From Paraspadella gotoi (Eukaryota > Animalia > Chaetognatha), in the NCBI GenBank assembly GCA_051294375.1, contig CM119266.1, positions 8,642,606 through 8,706,605 on the forward strand: 64,000 bases of DNA. The letters run 5' to 3'. The notes under the pieces are model-generated. The model did no database searches and was not told the origin of the DNA. It saw nothing but the letters and a program-made list of their open reading frames with translations. Of this stretch, positions 1 to 11,900 are shown piece after piece (the stretch's first letter is position 1; every line of letters begins with the position of its first letter). The position numbers and the translations under genes were made by a program.

Positions 1-131
1 GAGGAGGCAGACGAAGAACGAGGGGGAGATGGTTGAAAGACTCCTTCGGAAGGGAGAAGGGAGGTAGGGGGTGGTAAAGGTGAAAAAGTTGTCAAAGTTT
101 GGGAGAGTTTATAGAGCGAAAATTAGGATGG

Positions 132-3100
132 TTAATCCGACTGGACTTTACCAGCAGCTGCACCGGCGATGGCGGCGGCTATGGCGGCGGAACCGGAACA
201 AGGCGGCGTATTGGCGGGTATGAATGAGGCAAGAGTGGCAATTTGTAAAGCTGGTGGGAGGGAATACTTTTATTGAAGAATAATTGAAGAATAATAACAA
301 TTATAAGCATTAAAGAATACTACTCTACTTACGTGGCACAGCACCCGGGTCCATCGAATATGCGGCCACCCTTACGACGCAGGTGCCCGCTCTTCCGGTG
401 CAAAGGCTCGAAGTCTCCGTCCACTCATTGGCCGTCGGGTCGTAGGCCTCCACAGACTGAAAGAGAACGAGTGAACCAATAAATATTAGAAATACTACCC
501 AAGGTCGCTGTCATATTCACCTTTAAATAATGCTGCCCGTCGTAGCCTCCGACGGCGAAGACTCTGTCTCCAAGTACGGCCACGCCCACCGCATCACGCG
601 GGTGACGCATCGGGGCCAGAATCGTCCAAGAGTCAGAGGCGGGATCGTACCGCTCGCAGCAGCTCAGCCTGAAAAAGGCAATTTTATAAAGTTAACTTTT
701 TAAAACAAAAGCGCCACGAAAAGCCAATATGAACAAACTTGACGGCAGAAGGCGAAGAGTTTGGTGCGTCGTGTCCACCGACGGCGTAAAGGAGTCCGTT
801 GAGGACAGCGACGCCCACGCCGCCGCGACGTTTGTGCATCGAAGTTACGTTGGTCCATCTGCAATGTGAAGGAGGACATCGTGTCGGGAATGATTGGAAA
901 TGTGTCGCCTAGTCGATGTTAGTAAACCACAAATAACCTGTTGGTGTGAGGGTCGTAAGACTCGGCGCTGGAGAGACACGCGCTGCCGTCTCTGCCGCCG
1001 ACGGCGAAGAGTTTCCCGCCGAGGACCGCGACTCCGCAGGTTGAGCGTGGGGAGGACATGTGGGCGATGGAGGACCACTGCCGGGTCACGGGGTCCCAGC
1101 TGGAAAGGAAAAGATCGGGAGTTGCTGCCTCAAAAAGAACTAAGGGTGTGTGTCTCTCTCTCTTTTACTTCTTATCTTACCGCTCAGCCGTGCAGAGGTA
1201 CGACCACCCGTCGTGTCCCCCAACCGCATAAAGTGGTCCCTCCAGGACGGCGACACCCAGACCGTGACGATGCGTGGACATTGCGGGTGAGGCGGCCCAA
1301 CGTTTGGCGCGGGGACAGTAGCATTCTACAGAGTTGAGGGTTTTTAGGCCGTCGCGGCCGCCAACCTTGGGGGAGGGAGAGAAAAAAGAAATATTAATTT
1401 ACGACTTAGTTTAATATTTAACTATAAATTAAAATAATTACAAACCACGTAGATTTTATCGTTTAAAACAGCGACGCCGAACTGGAGGCGTCGGCCCGAC
1501 ATGGCCGCCACTTGGGTCCATTTGTCGGTCCGGAGGTTGTAACGCTCGATTGAGGTGGAGCCTTTGGATAGAAAGAGAGATAAATTAAATATGCAAGGTG
1601 AAATCCATAAAAAAAAAAAAAAAAGCAAGAAGGGAAATTAACAATTAGGTGAAGAAGCTTACATTTAGCGGAGTCAACGCCGCCGACGGCGAAGAGATGA
1701 CCGACGGTGCTTTTTCTCGGTCGCGTCCGAGGAGACTGAAGCGTCACTCGCCGCTCGGGAAGGAGGTGGTACTGAATAAATTGATTAAACATTAATAAAC
1801 GAAACAAAATATTTAATTTTTTGATTCCGAACCTTCATGGCCTCCATGATGAGCGCCTGACACTCGCCATCGTCGGAGAAGAGAGAATTTGTCTCGATTT
1901 GGTCCACGAGGAATTGGCGAGAGAGTAGGGGCAGTTTTACCTAAACATAAAATTCAGTTAAACTACTTATGTTTTTTAGATTAGAATATTTTTCCTTTCT
2001 TTTTCGTTGGTTAAATATTCTAGATAAGAAAAGTTTTCACAACGAAGTTTTAATGAAAAAGACATGTTTGGGTTTTGTTTCAGACCTTTATCAGTGAATT
2101 CAGTGTGAAGTCATGTCTGTGATTTTTTAATTAAAACTTAGTTGGGAAAACTTTTCTTATCTCCTATTTTCTAGATTAAAACTAAACAACGTAACAATCG
2201 ATTACCTGAGCGAGAAGTTTGGAGAGGTGCCTTTTCCTTGCGGGCAGATCGTAATTGACCCAGTCCAAGACCGCGTCCAAAATCGTCTCTTCTCGCGGAA
2301 TGTTGAGGTCGTCGTTGCCGAGCAATGCGATCACGTGCTCCGTGGGCAAGAGAACGAATTCTTGGTTCTGCATTACCTGGGAGAAGAAAAACGAATAATC
2401 ATACTCATATTCATAGTCAAGAGAAAAATTAAAACCAATTTTTCCCCATTGATTTTACACTAATACGCCTCTCCCTCCCATCCCCTTACAAACCTCCATA
2501 ATGTTCTCCGACGTGAACTCGCTCGCCGCCCGCCAGAGATCGGCGACGCCCTGTGCGTCGGCGAAGGCGCGGATCCCGAGGCAGTTGGAAGGGTGGAGCT
2601 GCTTCTTGAGGAAGTCTGAGCACGCCTCCACTACCTCTGATAACTGAAGAAGGGTTAAACTTAAAGGAAAAGCGATATATAGGGAGTGAGGAAGGAAGAA
2701 AGAAAGAAAGAGAGAGAGAGAGACAGACACAGACCTGCAAAAGGCAAGCGGCGGAGAGGAGATTCTCCACGGTCTCCTCCACGAGCTCGATCTTCCCTTT
2801 GTACATGAAGTGGACGAGCGACTGCAGCGCCGCGGCGTCGACGCCTTCGAGTCTGACTTCAGGCGCCGTCGCCTCCACCACGTCCGAGGTGAACATGGCG
2901 GCGAAGTAGTCGGAGACGGAGCTTAGCACGAGTCTGCGAAACGGAGCGGGTGGAGCTAATTTACAGGAATCTTATTCCACGAACAACTTCAACTTAATCA
3001 ACCGTATAAGTATATTTAGACAAAGCGTTAATCCCCCCTACATTCGTTCCCAAACTTCGACCGCCGTTCACCTGTGCGCGGGGATCCTGACCTCCCCAGC

Positions 3101-3742
3101 GACCAGAACGACGTCGCAAAGTCGCCCTTCAGCGAAGAAAGTCTCCATCCGCTCGAGAAGACGGTCGCCATGGGACACGCCGACCGGGACGGCGCGACTG
3201 CGTCCTCCGCCGCTGGGGACTAAGAGGAAGGTAAGGAAAAGTTAGGGAAGGTAGGACAAGACATTCATTATTCTGATCGTGACCCGTAGAGACGCCCACT
3301 CACCCATGACGAGGTTGTTGACGACGTTGGAGGCTGAAGACGCTGAACGAGAAGGAAACGTTGAGACGTCGACGTCTTTTCCTCCTCCTCTTCCTCCCTC
3401 TCCTCCTCCCACGCACGACGACAGACTGTGGGTGGAGAGGGAGAGATCCTCGAATTGAGATACGAGGACGACGTTCGGCGCCGACGAGTAATGAGGCAGC
3501 GACGCCGGCGGCGGTACCGCAGCGGCCCCGGACGTTTCTTCGCGGGGCGGCGAATCGGCGCCCGAGGCGTAAGCGCCATAGACGCTGGCTGATAAGGAGG
3601 CAGCTGCGTTAGCGGCAGCGGCGGCAGCAGCGGCGGCGTTGGCGGCCACAGTGTTGCGGTTCGGAGGAGAGCGGTTGTAGTTGTTGTTGTTGGTTGTGCT
3701 GAAGAACATCGGGTCGACGACGTCGCCCGTTTCGGGATCCAT
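132..3742 (-). CDS. KLHL5: Kelch-like BTB-BACK-Kelch protein, KLHL1/4/5 subfamily (about 14 exons)
   Basis: Hand-spliced GT-AG exons 3304-3742, 3072-3219, 2735-2933, 2494-2643, 2206-2376, 1833-1940, 1663-1771, 1446-1561, 1181-1365, 938-1099, 739-858, 521-668, 333-456, 132-250 stay in frame. Motifs: BTB ([28 protein letters not shown]), BACK ([17 protein letters not shown]) and six Kelch repeats ([31 protein letters not shown]). The last exon is uncertain; reading through gives a stop at 325-327. Confidence 0.9.
1984..2166 (-). mobile_element. Degenerate palindromic hammerhead-bearing Penelope-like element (copy 1) in a KLHL intron
   Basis: Imperfect inverted repeat 2022-2162. Minus strand reads CTGATAA-a-ggt..acc-CAAA-CATGTC, a decayed hammerhead core. 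One-sided tail reads CAACGAAAAAGAAAGG on the minus strand. Flanking near-direct repeats are ttttttagatta (1972-1983) and ttttctagatta (2167-2178). Confidence 0.6.
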
Positions 3743-4493
3743 GATTGGTGGCCGGTGGATTGGAGGATCGGAGGAAAAGAAAAAAGAAGGGAAAGGAAAG
3801 AAAGGAAGGAAATCTAGAAGAAACAAGAGAGACAATGAAAATAAAGTGGACAGAATGCACTCAAGAAGGTATGTCAGGAATGGCAACACCGTTGAGTCAA
3901 GTATTATCGAACGCGGAAAAAGGTAAAAACTGTGAGCAAACTCAAAAAATAAAGAGGAATAGTCGAAAACGAAAATCTGTTTTTTTTCCCTTGTTTTATC
4001 TCCGGTTTTCTTCTTCCATTTTCCGTCAAATTCGATTCGCGTGTCTCACTTTTAATTTTCAAAATCGGATTCGATTGAGGAATCACGAATCCTGAGAATC
4101 GAAAATTTCGCAATTTTCCCGACTTGATAACAATTTCTTTGTTTTTTAAAAAATTTTCAAAAATTTCGAATCACATTTTTTTTGTCGACCTATAAAAAAA
4201 TAATATTCAACGACCAAAAAAAAAATCAGATCAGAGAATAACTGGCGCGGAGACTCGCGGGATAAAAAAAAATCACATTCGGTTCCGAATTCAAGTGACT
4301 AGATTTATCTTTGCTTCTTTCGGAGAGAAAGAACCGAGAGGAAGGAAAGGGGGGCGGAATGGGAAGGAAGAAAACGCATCGGGACTGATTAGCGACTCTT
4401 ATTAGCGAGTCTGTTAATGAATCGTTTAATGAGTCTTTTAATGAAGTTTTTCCGAAAAAAAAAAATGCTAAAGAGTTTCTTCTCCGTTGCTCA

Positions 4494-7400
4494 TCACAAT
4501 TCAGTTCGTTGGCTTCCTTCTTTATCCTCGGGGGAAGAAGAGGACGATGATGATGAAGACTCTGCCGACGACGATGACGACGAAGATTCGTCGACTTCTT
4601 CGTCTCGCCAAACGAATTTGTAGTTGTTCTCCATCTTGTTCCTCCTAAAAATTAAATTAGTAATTTGATTTACAAATTATTAGAAAAGTTTGAAATGAAT
4701 TTTCAACAACGATTTTATTTTTAATAAAAAACGGACATGTTTCGGCTTAACTACAAGCCTTCATCAGCATTAACTTTTTAATGCTGATGAAGGCTTGTAG
4801 TTAAGCCGAAACATGTCCGTTTTTTATTAAAAATAAAATCGTTGTTGAAAATTCATTTCAAACTTTTCTAATAATTATTACACAACGAAAAGAAAGGATT
4901 ATACCACAATGATTTACAAATTTAAATTCCATAGAAGCTCAATGCAATGCCGCACGAAGATATGCTTTCTTTTGGACCAATACCCACCTATACTCTTCGG
5001 AGATCTGGCCGGAATTAGCGCCGATGAGCGACGACAGCATCTGACGAAACTGACGAGAGTCAACGTCGTCGAGAGTGTGGACGCCGTCGTCGTCGTCGTC
5101 GCTGAAGTAACCGGAAGTTACGATGCGAACTTCGACCTGTAGAGGGAATGAGGCAAAAGTTCAGCGATATTAAATTGTACGACTTGCCCATCAGACATTC
5201 TCCGTCCCCAGCTCTCACCTGCCGTCCGTCCTGCTTGTCCATCAATCCGGCCTTTTCCAGTTCCTCTTGCACGGCCTTGGACAGCCTCGCCCGTTCGCTC
5301 TCCTCGATATCGATGGACTTGAGGCCTTTCGTTTTGTCGGTACCAGATTTAGAGATCTTGGTGATGCGGACTTTGACGGGAGACTTCGAAGATGAGGGGG
5401 CGTTGCCTGTGGGGAGAAGGGTAATTAATACTGATATTTAAACAGGGAATCTTATTTCTCTATTCAACCGTTCTAATCTCCGTCTATTTACACTTCTATC
5501 CTCACCTTCTTTCTCTATAGTTTTTCTGATCCAAGTGTCCAACTTCTCCTCTTCGTTTTTCGTTTCAGTCTTTTCTTCTTGTCTCCGACTCTCACTCGAT
5601 TTCTCTTCGTGTTTCCTCCACCATTTTTCCCGTTTTTGCTTCAGAGTTTCCTGAGTCGAACGATATCTCAGATCTAAATCTAAATGTAAATCCTTCACCC
5701 TCGCTCCTCGGAAAGCCACCTTGAAATCCACGCCTGCCGAGTCTAATCTCCGTTCCGTCTTGTCCAGCTGCTCGAGCAACTTGTTCAGCGTCTCCGTCAG
5801 CGACTGCAACGCCTTCTTTTGCGCGGAGGCGTCGGCGGAGGATTTGGGTGAGGCGTCGGACGAGGCTTCGGTCGAACCGAAGTCGTTCTCTCTGCGCATT
5901 TCGTCTTTGGCTTCTTGAAGGATCGATTGAAACTGACCCTGAATGGTGAAAAAGGTAATGGAGAAAGGGACAGTGGAGAGAAGGAGCGAGACATTTAAAT
6001 ACCTTCAGCTGGGAGGCCAGGGTTGTCTTGGCCTCTCTCGTCTGCTCCACTGAGAGACCTTCAGTCTCTCGACGAAACTCTTCCAAGTCTTCGTCGACGG
6101 AAGACGGCGACGAAGAAGAGGGAGTTGTGGTTGACTCTTCAACGGACTTTTTCAATCGCTTCGGGGAATAAACCTGAAATTAGTAGATACGTAAATAATA
6201 CAATAGTGTGGAAGACGTATATGTATATTGTATAATAAGTAATATCAATTGATATGAGAGGGTTTTCGTCTCACCTCTTTGAAAAACTTTTCCATGACCG
6301 GCGAGAGTTGTCGAGGAGAGTCGGTAGAGGAGGAGGAGGAGGAGGAGGAAGGAGATGGAGTAGGAGGGGAATCCAAAAGCTGCGAAAAGCGAATTAAAAA
6401 AAAAAAGTCGATGTGAATTTTTTCATTGCCATTGCTAATAGGCCCTTATCCCTTATCCTCACCTTTTTCTTCTCTTCATACAATCGATTAAGGGCCTTGA
6501 GCTTCTCCCCCATTTCTCTGACTTTCTTGGCCGTCCGCTCCTGTAGTGCCGAGTACTTGTCAAAATCTGGTTTGGAGAGGGCTGGGTTGCAGACGATGGT
6601 CGCCGGCTTCGGGGGCGTCCAAGGCTGATAAGTTATTGAGTAAGTAAAATGATTAATTACAATTGAAAATTATAAATAAAATACATAAAATTTGGCATAA
6701 CCCATCCCGACAGATGTCAGTGCAAGGATTAGCAAGGGACAACGAGGGAAACGCCGACACCAAACGAAGTTAAGTAAGTATAATTTTGAATTCAAATTAC
6801 ATTCACCGGCTTCGCAATGAAGGCTACCGCGAGATGAAGATTTAAAATAAAACAAACATTTGCAAATGAATAACGCTATTTATAACCTTCGTTGAGTTAT
6901 GAGTGACCAACCCTGACCCACCTTGAACCACGGGTGATCGCAGAGCCTGGTGGTGACGACCTCAAAGAGATAAGCGCAGGTGGAGGGTTCCTCGATCTCG
7001 GCGATCATCTCCGCTTCGTCACTTCCGCCGCCGAGACGTCGACCGAGAGTCGCGTCGCACTTGAAGCGAACCTGGGGGAATAACGACAATTGTCGTTGCA
7101 CATTTCACCGAGACTGCACCATGCTCGAATTATGCTCGTTGGTGAGAAAATCTACAACAAATTTATATATTTGTAATAATTAGCGGATCCCTAGAAGCAA
7201 GGCGTTCACCTCTGTCTTTCGCGATTCTCCCGTCAAATCGCAGAGCGAACCGTTTGAGTAAAACTGAGAGTGAAAATTGCGTTCGGTCATTTTCTTTTCG
7301 CCGGCGGACGTGGGCTAAAAAGAGAATGGACGATGATTGAGAAGATGGAGAGAAAAGAACTAAATAAGGCAAAGACCGCTTGACAATTCCGTTCCCCGTC

Positions 7401-8329
7401 AAATTCACCTTAGGCTTTGCAGCTCCCTGTTCATCCTCTTTAAGCTTCTCCCAGTTGAAGTCAGAGTCGAAAATTCCGAGCGACATGACTTCTCCTTTGA
7501 CGTCGCCGCCTTCGAAGTGGTATTGTTTCACGTCGCGACCCACGCACAGTTCGTAGGTCCACCAGCCTGAACATTAAAAACGAAAAAGAACAAAAATAAA
7601 AATGAACTAGGACGCGGTTTTTGAAGAGATTAGCACAGATATCACACAAAAAAGTAAAACTGTGGCGGTATATTCACACTGCCTCACTTCAATCTTCATT
7701 CAGCCAATCCTATTGGGGAAACCCATCATCCCAAGCGTTAAGTTCCGTCTACAGTCCTACCCACTTTACGGAGGGTAAGAAGCCCACAAAATCAACAGCC
7801 CCATCCCAATGAGCATCACAGGCTGTTGCCATAAAACAAACTTGATGCCCAAGCAAATTTTTATCGTGATATTCACCAAACCGAGCCACGCCCCTTTGCG
7901 ACCCTCACCTTTTGTATAAAACAAACACGGCGCCTCCTTCAAGGACGCCAAGAGTTGGGCGGGATCTGCCTCCGCCTCCCTCTGTTCTCCCGCCCCCGCT
8001 TCCGACCGTCGGCCTTTCGATTTGGACGGAGGCAAAGAGCATCGATACATCTGTCCGTACTTGGAGCTGAGCAACACTGTTTCGCTATTCTCGGCGGCGG
8101 CGGCGGCATCCGGCGCCGGTCGTTCCTCCGAAGTTCTCTCCGATGCTTCAACGGGATCGTCCGGGAGTTCTCGGAGCAGCACCGGCTTGGTTAGGATGGA
8201 GACGTCAAAGCGCGAAGACTCGATGTCTTCGACGTCGAGGAGTCCGACGCCAGATGATTTGAAGACGAGTTGCAACAGGAAGACGACTAGGATAGGGGCG
8301 AGGAGGCGGTGAGAGTGAGAGGGCGTCAT
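4494..8329 (-). CDS. OS9: OS-9-like ER lectin (MRH domain; ERAD), 11 exons, C-terminal RTEL
   Basis: Exons 7909-8329, 7409-7566, 7210-7314, 6922-7071, 6463-6624, 6275-6379, 6003-6173, 5506-5938, 5219-5406, 4988-5136, 4494-4644 splice in frame. Features: signal peptide, SKYGQMYRC, MRH motifs GWWTYELCVG, HSQFYSNGSLCDLTG, EVRFKC and EPSTCAY, and C-terminal MENNYKFVW typical of animal OS-9. Confidence 0.88.
4679..4909 (+). mobile_element. Palindromic hammerhead-bearing Penelope-like element (copy 2, intact) in the last OS9 intron
   Basis: Perfect 99-bp inverted repeat 4675-4773/4778-4876 with a 4-nt loop. Tail ACACAACGAAAAGAAAGGATTATACCACAA. 13-bp direct repeat TGATTTACAAATT at 4666-4678 and 4910-4922. 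Confidence 0.85.
4780..4821 (+). ncRNA. Minimal type I hammerhead ribozyme motif (mirror copy on minus strand 4730-4771)
   Basis: AATG-CTGATGA-A-GGCTT(gtagtt)AAGCC-GAAA-CATGTC-CGTT. Core boxes are intact, with a 5-bp stem II, palindromic minimal helix III (ACATGT), GUC cleavage triplet at 4815-4817 and a 4-bp stem I (AATG/CGTT with one G-U). Confidence 0.8.
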
Positions 8330-8967
8330 GGTGTAGATGGAAGAGGTTGTCGTTGTCGTACGAAGTTTAACGCGACGATGGAAATGAGTTATGTTTATAG
8401 GTTTTTCTTTCTTCGTTTTGTTTCGAGCAAGAATCGAGCAAATTCCTGCTGGAAATGAAAAGTCACGAAAATTTGTGAAAAGCGATTCAAAAACGATAAA
8501 ATCAAATTTTGCTTCAGATTAAGATTAGCTTGGCCGAATTAACAAAAATAATCACGATTTTAAAGGTTTAATAATAACATCGAAAAATCACAGATTTTTT
8601 TTATCATCTATCAAAGACAAAACACAGAATGCGATATCAAAAACTGATTGAGGCGACCTGTTGCTATTAGAGAACTATCATTAGACATTACTGCAGCAAA
8701 AAAGAATATTTTGCCGCAAAAATTACGAGAAGTAGCAAATCTAAATGATAGATTGTGAGCAGTCGATAAAAGTTCTAAATTAGTATGTAACATCCAAACT
8801 TATCGTTTTAGGAGTTAGTAAAGATAGATTTGGTAAATCGTACTGTTCACGAAACTTTTTTAGATCCTTCTAAAATAAAATTAGAACTCTCCACAAACGT
8901 CTCTTGATAAAGTTACCTACCATGCCGATGCCATTTATTGGCATACACTGCAATCTAGCCAATGTAC

Positions 8968-11900
8968 TTAGTACTTGTAGTTAAACTTCATCTTTAGTAG
9001 ATACTTGACGTTAACCTGCCCGACATCGTAAACGATAAACTCGTTGTAAAGCAGCGAAGAGTCCTCCGTGTCAGGCTGCTTGGTCCATTTTCCACTCGGA
9101 ATCACGACCCCGTCCTTGGTCGTCTTGCCCTCCGCCGAGTTGGGCGCCATCTTGCCTACGCCCTTGCAGCTCTGCTTGCCCTTGGGGAGCTTGGTGATGT
9201 AGTCGGCGTGCTTGAGCTCGTGCATGTTACCCAGCGCAACGTCACAGAGCAGCATGAGGCCCGTGGGATTGGTGCGGGAGGTGTGGCAGTAGTTGGCCGA
9301 CTTGGAGACCATGTCGGCAAAGTAGATACCTTTGCCGAACATGTAGCCGGTGACGGGAGCCTCGGGCGGGGCGATGCGCAGACCAGTTGAGAGGATTCCG
9401 GCGTAGTTGGATACGCGGGAGCCGTGCCAGAGGAGTTGCCGGTGGAGGCTCTTGAAGCCTTTGAAGCGAGCCGATTCTCCCTTGCGGGAAACCTGGGAAA
9501 AACCGATGAGAAAATTTACATATTGCCATATAAGTCTAAAACGGTTTTATTTTTATCAATGTGACTATAAGAAAAATTGTAGCCTTTATTGCAAAATACA
9601 AGACTATCTATTATCTAAATTATTTATTATATTTTAAAAGACAATTTTTGTATAATTATCTTGATATAATTAAACCAAACCGAAAGAACCAAAAGTTGGG
9701 AGCAATTAAAAATTTAAATCCTTAATTTAAATGATTCAGTCTAATCGAACCTTGAAAACGTCCTCGATCTCCAAGGTGTACTGCGAGTGTGTCTCTCCGT
9801 GCGTGTTCTCCACGTACTCCTTGAGCGTCTTGAACCCTTCCGAGTCTTTGGGCAGAACCGAGATATCCGCGTTGAGTTTGGCGTAGTGAGCGTCGATGGG
9901 GTCGACGTCGTCGCCGGCGCCGTCGTCCGACTTGAGCAGATTGTAAGCGACCTCCATGTCCATGAGGGAGTCGAGCATTTGCGCCTTGGCGGCGATGAGC
10001 TCCTTGTTGTCGAGGAGGGGAGGATTTTGGAGGCCAAAGTCGTGGGGGATGAGGGTGAAGAACCGATTGGTGGCGTCGAGGATGAGGGTGGGGGCGTCGC
10101 CGGGATTCTCGTCTATAACCTGGAAAATGGGGGGATTGGTCGGGAATTAGCTTTTTGTTTCTTTTTTTAAAATTATTTTGCAATTCGAAATTCTATTGAT
10201 TTTTATTAGTTAATCTCCGTGCTCGCAAAATTTCAATTATAACAATTTACTTGTAACAACGTAAAATTGTCGGGAAACTTAAATTTCTTGGGAATAAAAT
10301 TAGTAATCGCAGCTTTGAAAGAAAAAGACATTATTTAACTTCAACTTTCAAATTTCCCTCACCATTTCGGCTTCGCCTTACCTTAAGCGCCTCGCTGAGA
10401 ATCTGATACCCGGCCCGGATCTGGGTCTTGCTTAATTTCCCGAGAGGCATCTTCTTCAAGTCGATTTCGAATTCGATCAAATCTTGCTTCATCCTCTCTA
10501 CGTCGAAGATGAGCCTCACCAAATCTTGCACTTCCTTCTTCAGCTTTGATTTGGCCCCGGCGTCGCCGCTCAACGCCTTCGCCACTTCCTCGTTGTCCTC
10601 GCCATAGTCCAGCTCCACAGGATAGAACCTCTTGGGCTGCTTGACGAAATTGGCGCGGTTCTCCCAAACGTTACCCGTTTTCTCCTCGTAGAGACACTTG
10701 AAGTGGGAGATGGCTTCGGCTTTCGTGTCCATCTTTTCCAGTTTGTTGCCGCCGATGGTTGTGCCGACTCGACCCCAGGAGCGAAAGACGTGGAAGCGAT
10801 CCTTTTTGTCGTCTTTGAGGACTTGGAGTTTGTAGAAAGAGTTTTTGCCCGACTGTACGTCGACGGAATTGAGAATAGCGTTAAAGACGTTCTTGCCCTC
10901 TCGCCATACAGAGGCCTTGTCCTCGAGCCCGCTGTCGGGGTCGACGGCGGCCCCGCCCTTGACTTTAAGGGTAGCCTTGCCCGATCCGCTCTTGCAAAAC
11001 AACTTCTCGGCGGCAGATTTTCCGACGAAGTTGTCGGCGTCGTCGGGGATGTCGCCGATGCGTTCGTTGGGGTCGGAACCCCAATCGGCGATGTTACACT
11101 TTTCTATTAGGGCGTGGACGCCGACAGTTTTTCCCTTCGCCACTTGTTTCTCAACTTTAGCCAGAAAATCCTCGGACAAAACTTGAACGTCAAACTTTCG
11201 CGCTTTTTTCATTTCGGATCCCATCGCCTCGAGCGTCTCCTTCTTGGCGAGGCAAGCGGCCGAGTCTTCCTCTATCGCGCTTTGACAAACTCCGCCGAGT
11301 TTCTCGATCCCTCGTTTCATCTCCACGTTGGAGACTTTATGCAAGGTGCCAACGATGGTGAACTTCATTCCGTGAAGAGGGCCGCGGCTCGGTTTAGCCG
11401 TGGAGGCGGCAGCGACGTCGCCGTTACCGTTAGCTTCAATCTTTACCTCCTGTTTGACGGCGGCGGCAGGGGAGGCTTTGGGTTTGTTCGGCAGCGGAGG
11501 AAAAACTCGATCCAGCGGCGTATATTTGTATTTTGCCAGGACGGATACGTCCTAGGGATGAGAGGAGGAATAATATTTCTGTTGAATCGATATTATACAT
11601 TTGTAGTTTCAAGAAAACGGCGACCTCATTCACGTTTCATAAGCCAAATTTTATCACTATGGTAGGTTCTTCGTTTAGTCCATTTTTCAGCTTTCACAAA
11701 TTACCATTTTTTTTTCAGTTAGTTAAATTGTAGAATTAAACTCATTTAACGATTAAATCTTTTTCATACCTTGAACTGTTCAGGAATCTTCACCGCTTTC
11801 CTATCCGGCTTCATCGTCGCGAACTGGCACTTGGTGAATCCTCCTTCCAAGTAGCCTTGACAAGCGTAGCCCTCGTTCCCCTTTCGCCGCAACTTCCCGT

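Noticed and set aside
4675-4876. Long palindromes as ordinary MITEs or pre-miRNAs
   Set aside because: The one-sided tail outside the inverted repeat, variable 12-15 bp TSDs and a central hammerhead core fit a retro-transposed PLE derivative better.
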